Under the pieces are notes generated by a model, which did no database searches, was not told the DNA's origin, and saw only the letters and a list, made by a program, of their open reading frames with translations. From positions 3,488,001 through 3,552,000 of the forward strand of contig OY761611.1 of NCBI GenBank assembly GCA_963664875.1: a stretch of 64,000 nucleotides of DNA, in the 5' to 3' direction. A program made the translations under genes and the position numbers. Positions within the stretch are counted from its first letter, which is position 1; each line of letters opens with the position of its first letter. Of this stretch, positions 51,920 through 61,294 are shown piece after piece. The DNA is from Candidatus Kapaibacterium sp. (GTDB lineage: Bacteria; Bacteroidota; Ignavibacteria; Kapaibacteriales; UBA2268).

Positions 51920-54016
51920 ATGAAAAATAAACACAAAAAAATAGTCATAATGCTACTATTAGCATTGCTGCAAACCACGAGTTTGCTCGCACAAAATACC
52001 TATACTTATGGGTATGACGATGCAGGAAATAGGATTCAATTGAATTCTCCTTTAGACTGCACAGATTTATTATGCCGTTGTCCCGACAATACTGACGGCT
52101 GGTTAGTGTTAGAAGCTATACCACAAGATCCGCCAAGCACAAGCTGTGATATTAAAGGATATCTTAATATTCCGGCTGAATATGCAGACTGTTACCAATT
52201 CTACACTATTATGACTTGGGGACATGAGATATATTCAAATGAATACAAACAAAGTATTGGAACTTTGAGCAATAATGAACTTCCAGAGTTAGAGTTTGTT
52301 ATACCCTCTCCTAAAAAGCAGTATGCTCAGGTTTTATTGTACAGAGACCTATCGGATGATAACCCTTGTGCAATTGCAGCCGAAGTTGAATGCATACCTG
52401 ACTGTTGTGGTCTAATCTATCTTGATTTTATAAAAGCAGATCCTGAAGGTGATAAATGCTGTTGGGATTTCTATGTAAACGGATATGATGAAGACGCTTG
52501 TGAAACAGACTTCCAGTTAAAATTGGAAACAGTAGTAGCCGAGGGTGAAACACCTGAAGAGCTTGCTAATATTCCAGCAATAGAAGGAGTAGGGCATATC
52601 TGTATAGACAATACATTGAAAGAAGTCAGAATGATTATATTAGAGCAAGGTATTGAGTGCAGAAATGAAGTTGTTCAACTAGAATGTGAGAAATGCCCTT
52701 GTCCACCTCAACATGAGATGGAAGGTTGGTTACAACTTACTATAGAACAAGGTGGTAGTCAATGTTCTCCAACACAATGTGAAGTTAGTGCTACATTAAA
52801 CATACCAGCGCCATATCAAGATTGTTACAATTTCTATGAAATAGAATATGTAATTAGAGACATTAATGCTTCTCCTATTGATCATGAATATCCAATGTTA
52901 TCACCAGGTGCAATTCCGGCAGATGGTATTATTACAAATCTTCCAACTTGTTTAGATCCAGGAGAATCAATCTTGTTGAAAGTTAGGCTTTACAATGCAG
53001 TAGGTGACACTGAATATTGTGAATTTGTAGTGATGGAACAAGCTTGTCCTCTATTTGATGTTGGAGACAGAGAGCCTTGTACTCCTGATAATTTCAGTGA
53101 CGGGTGGTCAGAAACACAAACTATATTAGTGAATGTAAACGGATGCTGGTATAGAGTTAGCTTCCAATATCGACAAACTTCAGATGGTACTCAGGATATT
53201 CAATTCACATCTGCCTATCCAGCTGATATTAACTGTACCGCAGAAAAATCTGAAGTATTTAATGCAGCTTTAGAACCTGCAATTGACGATATACTTTCTG
53301 GAGTTGACAGCTGGGAACCAAATCCAAGTGGATGTTATGATTCTTGGAGAGTGATTGAAGCTACATGTTGGTCTAAATGGGATGCCATTTATTTCTTAGG
53401 CGAAGTTACTTACAATACGGTTATAGATGTGCCATGCGAATCAGATTGCTGTACACAGCAAATCAGAGTATGTAAATATGACGGTAACGTCAGCGTTCAA
53501 GTGATAGGTTATGCTGACAATAACAGTACGGATTGTAGTACTGCAACATTGCCAGATCCATCTTCTTTCTTAAGTCCATTCAATGCGATTTACACTCTGT
53601 TAGAAGAATGTACTCCAAACGACTGCAATATGTTCCAAGGACATGAACCCGACTCAGACTGGAGGACTGATTTATATGCTGATTATGATAGATTCAAAGA
53701 TGAAGCGATAAGATATGAAGAAGGATACCAGATGAAAGAAATGATAGGAAATATCGCCGAACTTCAAATGATATATCAAGTTTATCAACAGCAAAATTCT
53801 TTAACTATTAAAGTAGCAAAATCAAAAGAACAAATTGTTGACTTTAAAATATTTAATGCTATTGGTCAAGAGATAAAATCTACATCTATTAATTTGACAG
53901 GCAAATATCAAGAATTTGAAGTTGATATTAGCAATCTATTGTCCGGATCTTATTTCTATAGTATCGTATCCAGCAGTAATAAGATAGCTACAGGTAAATT
54001 TATTATTGTCAAATAA
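51920..54016 (+). CDS. Cys-rich T9SS-sorted protein beginning with a YD motif
   Basis: Signal peptide, then YTYGYDDAGNRI; internal repeat (GWL..LNIPAxYxDCY); CTD IFNAIGQEI..SGSYFY..GKFIIVK. Confidence 0.8.
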   Translation: MKNKHKKIVIMLLLALLQTTSLLAQNTYTYGYDDAGNRIQLNSPLDCTDLLCRCPDNTDGWLVLEAIPQDPPSTSCDIKGYLNIPAEYADCYQFYTIMTWGHEIYSNEYKQSIGTLSNNELPELEFVIPSPKKQYAQVLLYRDLSDDNPCAIAAEVECIPDCCGLIYLDFIKADPEGDKCCWDFYVNGYDEDACETDFQLKLETVVAEGETPEELANIPAIEGVGHICIDNTLKEVRMIILEQGIECRNEVVQLECEKCPCPPQHEMEGWLQLTIEQGGSQCSPTQCEVSATLNIPAPYQDCYNFYEIEYVIRDINASPIDHEYPMLSPGAIPADGIITNLPTCLDPGESILLKVRLYNAVGDTEYCEFVVMEQACPLFDVGDREPCTPDNFSDGWSETQTILVNVNGCWYRVSFQYRQTSDGTQDIQFTSAYPADINCTAEKSEVFNAALEPAIDDILSGVDSWEPNPSGCYDSWRVIEATCWSKWDAIYFLGEVTYNTVIDVPCESDCCTQQIRVCKYDGNVSVQVIGYADNNSTDCSTATLPDPSSFLSPFNAIYTLLEECTPNDCNMFQGHEPDSDWRTDLYADYDRFKDEAIRYEEGYQMKEMIGNIAELQMIYQVYQQQNSLTIKVAKSKEQIVDFKIFNAIGQEIKSTSINLTGKYQEFEVDISNLLSGSYFYSIVSSSNKIATGKFIIVK

Positions 54017-54093
54017 ATTATTTTTACTATTTTTAATGGTAGGAGAGATTTTGTTCTCTCCTGCCTTTGTTTTATACTATTGGAGACTAAGCT

Positions 54094-55419
54094 TTGAAAT
54101 ACTTTATAATTTGTTTTCTTTTCTTTGCTACTTTTCAGCTTTCAAATGCAGAAAAGCAATGGGTAAAGAAACACTTCAGAGCGGATGAACACGTAGAAGC
54201 TATTAAAAGCTTTGATTCATCAAAAATCGTTGCTATTGTTGAAAGTGTAGGAGAATCTATGATATATAAATCTTATGATGCAGGAAACTCATGGGAAAAC
54301 ACATATCGTTATTTTCATCCGGCACATGGAGACTCTTTGGCAATGCTTTCCAATGGATCTTTTATCTTAGACTCCCTTCATTATTATATTTGTATGTTCC
54401 CACAACCTGTCATAGACATTTCTTCAGATGGAGGAAATACTTTTAAAAGAATCGAATTTGGTGAAATATCTGCTGATAAAAATAATCGTATCTGTGATTT
54501 ACATATGCAAGACAGAATGGTAGGTGTTGTAGTGACCTTAAAAAATATAGTAATTACAAAAGATGGTTGGGAATCTTTTATAATTTATGATAAACCTTAC
54601 CAGTATATAGAAACGAACAAGCCATCCTTTTATATTGATTCTGTTAATATTGCATTTATTAAACAACGTGTAGGTAGTAATCTGTTTTATAAATTTAATA
54701 TCAATACACATGAATGGTCAGAATACAGTATTGAAGTACAACAAGATGAAAACGAACATCCATTGACCATATTAGGAATCGAACATTTATCAGACCATGT
54801 CATTTTGGGCGCTGGGATGCAAAAAGTAAAAGACACTACAAAAAATATCCATTATGATTTAATATGGAAAAGTACTGACAACGGTATAAACTGGGAAGTA
54901 ATTTACAAAAAATTGCAAGATCCTAGATTTGGACTATCAGAGATACATTTTGCAGATAGTTTGAGAGGAATTATTGGAGGCAACGGTGGAAAATATATGT
55001 TGACAGAAGATGGAGGTGATACATGGGAGTACGCTACGTTTTATGACTACTTATATGCTATAACAGGAGATTGTACTTACTGCGGTGATTATCCGATTGC
55101 TTGGTTTCCTTCTGGGGGAATTTTTAGATATGAAGAAGTTATTGGAATCACAGAAGGCATACTAGAGGAAATCAGTATAAAACCCTACCAAACCAAAACA
55201 GAATACCATTTAGAAATCAATGACCCGAAATCACGAGAATATGAAATCATATTTTCTGATGCAAACGGCAAACAAATACTAACACAAACATTAAACACAG
55301 CAATAGCAGCTAACACAAATCCAATAGATTTAATCAGCCTAAATTCCGGCACTTACTTTTACATGATTATATGCAACAATTCGCTAATTTCTACAGGTAA
55401 GTTTGTAAATGCAAGGTAG
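54094..55419 (+). CDS. BNR/Asp-box (YCF48-like) beta-propeller protein with T9SS CTD
   Basis: SYDAGNSW, SSDGGNTF, STDNGINW and TEDGGDTW repeats; SGTYFY..GKFV; TTG start. Confidence 0.8.
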   Translation: MKYFIICFLFFATFQLSNAEKQWVKKHFRADEHVEAIKSFDSSKIVAIVESVGESMIYKSYDAGNSWENTYRYFHPAHGDSLAMLSNGSFILDSLHYYICMFPQPVIDISSDGGNTFKRIEFGEISADKNNRICDLHMQDRMVGVVVTLKNIVITKDGWESFIIYDKPYQYIETNKPSFYIDSVNIAFIKQRVGSNLFYKFNINTHEWSEYSIEVQQDENEHPLTILGIEHLSDHVILGAGMQKVKDTTKNIHYDLIWKSTDNGINWEVIYKKLQDPRFGLSEIHFADSLRGIIGGNGGKYMLTEDGGDTWEYATFYDYLYAITGDCTYCGDYPIAWFPSGGIFRYEEVIGITEGILEEISIKPYQTKTEYHLEINDPKSREYEIIFSDANGKQILTQTLNTAIAANTNPIDLISLNSGTYFYMIICNNSLISTGKFVNAR

Positions 55420-55462
55420 CAGAAGATAATTATTACTCCCTGTTGCTCTTTTTGCATAAATA

Positions 55463-55511
55463 TAAGGATGTGATTTATTCAGTACATTGATATAAGAAAT
55501 CACATCCTTTA
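55463..55511. terminator. Hairpin between convergent cargo and integrase genes
   Basis: AAGGATGTGATTT...AAATCACATCCTT. Confidence 0.6.
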
Positions 55512-55537
55512 TTTTAGGCAAAAATCAATCTAACATT

Positions 55538-56758
55538 TTACTCCCCAAAAACCTTGCTAAAACTCTCTATTGCTTTATCTCTGCTCGGATTAACATAAAT
55601 ATCAAAACTACGCCGATTCCTATGACCGGATATTTTCATCACCTCTTCGGGAAGCATTCCGGCTTTTAATGCAAGAGTTATCATAGTTCGACGGGCAGTA
55701 TGAGAGGAGATGAGCTTGTATTTTGGAACAACATGTTCTTCTTTAACTGTTCCACGTATAATTGTATATGCAATCGGTTTAGTAATTTCTGCATCTTTGC
55801 AAATTTCTTTTATTTTGGAATTGTAGGTCTTTGTATCATTTTGTGGAAATTGTTTAGGATATTTAAGTAATATCCCTTTTATATATGAGTTAAAAGGAAC
55901 AATAACATTTTCTCCGGTCTTCTCGGTAGTTAGATATATCCGCTGATTATCCATATCTATTTTAGTCGGATTTAATCGGAGCAAATCAGAAATTCTAATT
56001 CCGGTATGAAGCTGAATAAGAAACAAATCCTTAGTGATTTCTAAATGTGGCTTAGGAATTAAATCTTTAATCGCCTCTATTTCTTCAAAATCAAGGGTAA
56101 CATACTTGTTCTCCTGCCCTTTATGAGTCGTAGCAGATTTAATATAAGAGCGAAACTGAATAGTGGTAATCAAACCTTTAGAAGCGTAATAATTAAGAGC
56201 AGTCTTAATATTTTTATTAGCAATATAAACTGTATTGTTGTTTAGACCCTTATTATGCAGATAATTCTCAAATTTCTTCCAAATAATCTCATCAAGATTA
56301 CGAATAGTTATTACAATTTTGGTGTCTTTCTGAAAATCAGCCAGTTTCTTCTTAGAGTTATAAAAGCACTCGTTAGTGCGATCAGCTCGAGTATGTTTAG
56401 TCAATTCAATATAATTAGAAAAAAGAGTTAGAAGGTCTTCTGCATCATTGTTACAAATATTAGGATTTTTCAGCTGTTTTATATACTCCTTAATATCATT
56501 TTTGTTAAGCACAAGATTTTCTAACTTTGCCTTTGAGCAGAAATTGTTTATTTTAGACTTAAAGTCATCCAACAGCACATTAGTTTCATCGCTATGGAGC
56601 ACTGAGGGCTTAATACGATTATGCTTTTTATCCCAAGCTTTTGTTTTAATTTGAATTCCGGTAGAAACCTGAACACGAAAACCATTAACAGAGACGTTCA
56701 TCATAATAGAAGTATCAGGTAAATCAGGCTTATTGAGATAGAAACTAATTTTTGCCAT
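55538..56758 (-). CDS. Tyrosine integrase (arm-binding, SAM-like and catalytic domains), intact
   Basis: TGIRISD (R), KT, SSHTARR (HxxR), SGH and FDIYV (Y). Confidence 0.93.
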   Translation of the reverse strand: MAKISFYLNKPDLPDTSIMMNVSVNGFRVQVSTGIQIKTKAWDKKHNRIKPSVLHSDETNVLLDDFKSKINNFCSKAKLENLVLNKNDIKEYIKQLKNPNICNNDAEDLLTLFSNYIELTKHTRADRTNECFYNSKKKLADFQKDTKIVITIRNLDEIIWKKFENYLHNKGLNNNTVYIANKNIKTALNYYASKGLITTIQFRSYIKSATTHKGQENKYVTLDFEEIEAIKDLIPKPHLEITKDLFLIQLHTGIRISDLLRLNPTKIDMDNQRIYLTTEKTGENVIVPFNSYIKGILLKYPKQFPQNDTKTYNSKIKEICKDAEITKPIAYTIIRGTVKEEHVVPKYKLISSHTARRTMITLALKAGMLPEEVMKISGHRNRRSFDIYVNPSRDKAIESFSKVFGE

Positions 56759-56779
56759 TTGTAAAACCTTGCAAAACTG

Positions 56780-56826
56780 ACTAACATATAACTAACAGAA
56801 ATAACGTAATATTGTTAGTTTTAGTT
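56780..56826. promoter_or_regulatory. Candidate integrase arm-type sites
   Basis: ACTAACATATAACTAACA; matching pairs at 9143-9161 and 33822-33840; inverted GTTAGT at ~56814. Confidence 0.5.
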
Positions 56827-56908
56827 GCATTTTATTTTACAAAATAATGCTGTAAAATGCATTTAAATAGTGTATTTATATATAGTTATGTAAAATTGAG
56901 TCTAAAAA

Positions 56909-56924
56909 GCCATAATCATGACGG
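56909..56924. other. Candidate right attachment site
   Basis: GCCATAAT-CATGACGG lies 150 bp upstream of the integrase; the core is duplicated at 9069-9076. Confidence 0.6.
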
Positions 56925-57109
56925 GGTGGATAATAGGCTCTACATTTTATAATGCACATTTTGACTTCTGAAACAGCCTCCCAAGAAACAAGATAGTGTT
57001 TTTTTCTAGGTTTTCTTATGACAAATCTCGGTTTATATTAAGCAGGCTCATTTTTTTTACAATGTTAGAGTAAATGAGACTGCTTTATTTGCCTATACCC
57101 CAAATCCTT

Positions 57110-57862
57110 CTACTTAAATCCGTCACAAAAGGAGAGTACATTTTCGCCCAAATCTGGGAGGTAGTAGCCTCCTTCTAAGCAGGCAAATCGTCTTTGGTGT
57201 CCCCATTTGACAGAAAGCCGCTTCATTTTGTAGCCGATTTGATAAAAATCAAATTTCTCTAATTTTCTGCCTACATCTAACTTATACGAATCAAATCCGG
57301 CGTTTATTGCGATAATGTCCGCCTGTGGTGCTTCTGCTATTTTTTCGTCTAAGACCTGCATATATTTGTCGCGGTCGTCGGCGAAAACATTGACTATCTG
57401 CACTTCACTTCTGCCTTTGAAGCAATCGAGAGTGCCGTCTCCTGTGTGTGCATCGAAGTCAAGCACAAAAGCGGAGCTTATCCTGCCTTCTGTGAATAAT
57501 TTTTGGAGTGCTATCCCAAGATTATTGAAATAGCAATAGCCCCACGAAGAGTCTTTATAAGCATGGTGCCCCGGCGGTCTGATAGCGGCAAAGGCACATT
57601 CGCCTGCCATAGCAATCTGCGAAGCCCTAATTGCTCCCCCCGTAGCAAGCATTGCAGCTCGGAAGAGAGTGTCGTTGCTCCTGATTTTTTCAATATGTTG
57701 CTGCGTATGTAGCAGCTCTATATCTTTAATATCTGCCTGCCCCGGCACTATGGTTTCAAACGAACCGAGACAGCTCATCACGGCTTCCATACGCCCGGGA
57801 AGCGCCGCCTGTTCGTCTGCATAGTCAGATTTGTTGTAGTCGGGGTGAAATACGATTTTCAT
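57110..57862 (-). CDS. Histone deacetylase/AcuC-family protein
   Basis: RPPGHHA, GYCYFNN, LDFDAHTGDGT, AGFD and LEGGY; GGAGG RBS. Confidence 0.92.
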   Translation of the reverse strand: MKIVFHPDYNKSDYADEQAALPGRMEAVMSCLGSFETIVPGQADIKDIELLHTQQHIEKIRSNDTLFRAAMLATGGAIRASQIAMAGECAFAAIRPPGHHAYKDSSWGYCYFNNLGIALQKLFTEGRISSAFVLDFDAHTGDGTLDCFKGRSEVQIVNVFADDRDKYMQVLDEKIAEAPQADIIAINAGFDSYKLDVGRKLEKFDFYQIGYKMKRLSVKWGHQRRFACLEGGYYLPDLGENVLSFCDGFK

Positions 57863-58523
57863 GCTTACCTCCGGTCATTCAACGGCAAACTAACAAGAAT
57901 CAATAGCATTTCCACAAAATTTCTCTATTGGTGCAAATTTTTTTCGCTTCCGGGCAAATTTTTTTTGCGTGAAAACGAAATCTGTCTCCAAAAATACATA
58001 ATTACACTTAGACCTGCATAAAATGTGTAGTCAAAAATAAGGACTTACGGCGATTAGATGAAAAGAAAAATTAATTGCAAAATTTTTCAAATTAATTGCA
58101 AGATTTTTTTAGTCATTTTCCAATTTCGAGCATAAAAATAGTGCAAACCCAAGATGCCGATTAGCTCTAACTAAATATGAACTATGACATAAAATGAACG
58201 AAAAAATTAGATGGAAAAATCTACGTAGTTTCCGCAGAATTAGGTGTTTCTTGCGATGCCGTGCCAACTCAGGATATCCACCTATTTACGATAATTCAGG
58301 ACTTTATGGTATTGTGCAGCGACTCTTTTCGTTGTAAATTGCTTTCGAAAGTTATGACAACGATTGAACAAACGCTAATCAAAAAAAAAGTAATCAGTTG
58401 CATAACTCACCCGAAAAGTTCGGGATGGATTTCAAAATAACACTTCAATATCCTAGGCAAGAAGTAAACACGAAATCCAAAGAAAATACAAAATTTCTAA
58501 AACAAATTCTAAGGAAAAAAGAA

Positions 58524-59033
58524 ATGAAAAAGTTTTTCGCTATCGCTCTCGCTTTCGTAATGTTTGCAGCTACTAATATGTTTGCTGATGGATCAAGTAT
58601 AGGAACAGATGCTAAAACAGCAGAAGCAACAATTAATGTTCAAGTTCTTAAACAAATTGAAATAGATCCTACTAATGGTGTCCTCAATTATGCAGTGGTT
58701 AATGGTACAGTACAAGAGAGAGCCATTGATGCATCAGGTGCATTTGTAGAAGCTGGAAGTTTAGATTTTGACATTACCGCTACTGAAGGTTATGAATTGT
58801 CATACAGTTTTGATTTGATATCAATCTTAAGTAATAACAGTACCGTAGATCAAGCTAATGCACCTATAATAACATTTGCAGGCACTCCTCTTCTTACAGG
58901 TACTTTGGAAAATGCTGATGGTGAAGAAAGCTTATCGTTTAGTGTTGAAAACATTGACGCTCAGACAAACACATGTGCTGATGGTGGCTATACTTATAAC
59001 TACACTCTTAGCGTATATTACACAGGCTTCTAA
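58524..59033 (+). CDS. Putative major pilin-like subunit (DUF4402-like)
   Basis: Signal peptide MKKFFAIALAF; ATINVQVL; C-terminal GGYTYNYTLSVYYTGF. Confidence 0.6.
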   Translation: MKKFFAIALAFVMFAATNMFADGSSIGTDAKTAEATINVQVLKQIEIDPTNGVLNYAVVNGTVQERAIDASGAFVEAGSLDFDITATEGYELSYSFDLISILSNNSTVDQANAPIITFAGTPLLTGTLENADGEESLSFSVENIDAQTNTCADGGYTYNYTLSVYYTGF

Positions 59034-59050
59034 GAATTACAGAAACATTT

Positions 59051-59086
59051 TACATAAGGGACTTATAGGTTTAAGTCCCTTATGTA
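59051..59086. terminator. Perfect 15-bp hairpin after the first pilin-like gene
   Basis: TACATAAGGGACTTA-taggtt-TAAGTCCCTTATGTA. Confidence 0.7.
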
Positions 59087-59115
59087 TAAAAAAAATTCAA
59101 AGAAGGAGAGTGTAA

Positions 59116-59709
59116 ATGTCTTTATTAAAGAAAATCACAAAATTACTTTTTGCGATGATGATAATCTCTCCGGTATATGTTTTTTGTGCTGATCCTGACG
59201 TCGGTCCGGGACCCGGATTGCCACCGGAACCAACTAATGAAGCTACTGTAAATGTAGAAGTTCTTAGACAATTGACTTGTGTTATTAAACCACCTGTAAA
59301 CTCAGCTTCCAATGCAACGGATTTGATAATAGTTTCAGGAACAAGTCGGAATGACACCGAATTTCCGAATGGAAGGATTCATCCTACATATCGTTTGGAA
59401 ATAACAGGAGCTTTTGAACAAGCCATAACTATAAACTTTCATGCAGATTCAGAACCTGAAGGACTCATGTCTTATAGTGATGGAACTGGTCAGGTAAAAG
59501 CAATTGTAAAGTGGCATGAAGGGTTTGAAGGTGATGATCATATATACGTTTCTCCTTGGTCAGCTAATTTATTTGACCCAATGTATGATAGCCCTGCAGG
59601 TGAGTATGCGGCATTTATGGTAATTAAAAAGGTTGAAGCTGTCGAAGGAACACCTCCGGGTGATTATACAATTCCAGTAACAGTAAGCGTATATTATACC
59701 GGTTTTTGA
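59116..59709 (+). CDS. Pilin-like subunit 2
   Basis: Signal peptide; ATVNVEVL; PGDYTIPVTVSVYYTGF. Confidence 0.6.
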   Translation: MSLLKKITKLLFAMMIISPVYVFCADPDVGPGPGLPPEPTNEATVNVEVLRQLTCVIKPPVNSASNATDLIIVSGTSRNDTEFPNGRIHPTYRLEITGAFEQAITINFHADSEPEGLMSYSDGTGQVKAIVKWHEGFEGDDHIYVSPWSANLFDPMYDSPAGEYAAFMVIKKVEAVEGTPPGDYTIPVTVSVYYTGF

Positions 59710-59789
59710 GAGAAAAGAATAATATATAATCCCTGGGCTTATTTTAGAAAGTAAGACAGGGATTATTCAAAAAAAGAGGGACGCAAAAA

Positions 59790-60248
59790 GTGAAATACTT
59801 GTTGAGCATTCTAATGATTGTACTAATCCAATTAGTAGCAGAAGCGCAAGTAAATGTGAATACCTTTTGCAATAACAATCAGCCGGTTCCTCTGCAAATT
59901 ACTGTCTCAAACGACATTGATTTGGGTGCAGTAGTAGCAGGCTCGACTCAGACTTATGAGTCGCCGTTCAATGAAAGTATATTTACGATTTCGGGTGACC
60001 AGTTTCGGTGGATATGTACCGACATAGAGCCTGAGACACAGAAATCCGGAATTGTATTAGATCTTGATTTCAGATTCAGCCATACAGGAAGCTGTCTATG
60101 GTTATGTTATTTCAACGGACTTCACATTTTACTTACAGGTAATATCTTTGTGAAAATGAATGTCCAATCAGTGCAGGTGTCACCGAGCACTCCGGCAGGA
60201 GAGTACACCTTTACTCAAGTCATTCAGGTAGAATACTGCACATTTTAG
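59790..60248 (+). CDS. Pilin-like subunit 3
   Basis: Signal peptide; DIDLGAV; AGEYTFTQVIQVEYCTF. Confidence 0.55.
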   Translation: MKYLLSILMIVLIQLVAEAQVNVNTFCNNNQPVPLQITVSNDIDLGAVVAGSTQTYESPFNESIFTISGDQFRWICTDIEPETQKSGIVLDLDFRFSHTGSCLWLCYFNGLHILLTGNIFVKMNVQSVQVSPSTPAGEYTFTQVIQVEYCTF

Positions 60249-60352
60249 CTGACCAAAAATCGAGCAAAAGCTGAAATAGTAATCTTCAAAATTTTCGCTT
60301 AAATATTTTAGAAATTTGATGTTTTGAAAGAAAAATAGAGGTAGCAAATAAA

Positions 60353-61201
60353 ATGAAAAAGCAAATAGTACTAATCCTATCCATTCTGATTCTGTCGATG
60401 TCACTCCATGCGCAGGTAGCTGTGATGCCTCCCGCAGTTTTTATCGATAAATATACTCGCTCTGCAGAAATGTTTGTAGCCAATACCGGAAAGGAGACCC
60501 AGGAAGTTATGGTAGAACTCGAATACGGCTACCCGGCTCCTGACTCCCTCGGCAATATCGCTATGCAATATGGCGACAGCCTTTCTGATAAAAAATACTC
60601 GCTCGCTGAAAAACTCGCTATTTTTCCGAAAAAGTTCGAATTAAAACCGGGAGAAAGACAGACAGTTCGCTTTTTGCTTCGAGGTTCCGGCAACATGGAA
60701 GATGGTTTTTACTGGTCGCGCGTAAGAACCACCGGCATGAAAGCCGCAGCCCAAATCGACTCCGCTAACGCAGAAGGCGATGTCAAAGTCGGTATCAATC
60801 TCGCATTTTCAATGGTTACATTCATTGGATATAAAAAGGGTGAAACCAACACAGAATTAGATCTGGTGTATCTCGCAGTAGGCACCGATAGTGCTAATAC
60901 GAACCTTATGCTCAGTTACCACAGAAAAGGTAACTCCCCGCTATTGAGCAAAACTAAGGTTGAAATCTACGACGCAAATGGCGATTTGGTTGCCGCAAAA
61001 GAAGAGCCAAGGCCTTACTATTTCGACGGCAAAATGAAATTTACTTTCCCAAAATCGGATTTGCCTGCAGGTAATTACAAAGCTAAATTTTCCTTCAATA
61101 ATGATTTGGAAGATATACCCAAAGAACATCGCGCCACATTCCAGCCGTTTGATAAGACCTTTGATATCAATGTCAAAGAGAAATCACTCGTAAGCCAATA
61201 A
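60353..61201 (+). CDS. PapD-like periplasmic pilus chaperone
   Basis: VAVMPPAVFI, IFPKKFELKPGERQTVRF, GFYWSR and GN motif. Confidence 0.75.
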   Translation: MKKQIVLILSILILSMSLHAQVAVMPPAVFIDKYTRSAEMFVANTGKETQEVMVELEYGYPAPDSLGNIAMQYGDSLSDKKYSLAEKLAIFPKKFELKPGERQTVRFLLRGSGNMEDGFYWSRVRTTGMKAAAQIDSANAEGDVKVGINLAFSMVTFIGYKKGETNTELDLVYLAVGTDSANTNLMLSYHRKGNSPLLSKTKVEIYDANGDLVAAKEEPRPYYFDGKMKFTFPKSDLPAGNYKAKFSFNNDLEDIPKEHRATFQPFDKTFDINVKEKSLVSQ

Positions 61202-61294
61202 AATCTAAGCGGTCTAAAATTGTATAATTTATAATTTTTGATTGTCGGATTTGAAAAAAAGCTAACTGCTGTTATGATTATAATGTAAGCAAAG

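Larger units (their letters stand above)
33756..56924. mobile_element. Integrative element B (intact integrase, defence operon, Rhs cargo; no primase)
   Basis: Left end TAGTATGG with ACTAAC repeats is homologous to 9077-9240; right end GCCATAAT-CATGACGG lies upstream of the integrase. Confidence 0.7.

Noticed and set aside
56759-57109. tRNA/tmRNA integration target next to the integrase
   Set aside because: No GTTCGA T-loop, cloverleaf or CCA end was seen on either strand.
57863-58523. Riboswitch (e.g. c-di-GMP) upstream of the pilus cluster
   Set aside because: Only short partial matches; no convincing two-stem consensus by eye.
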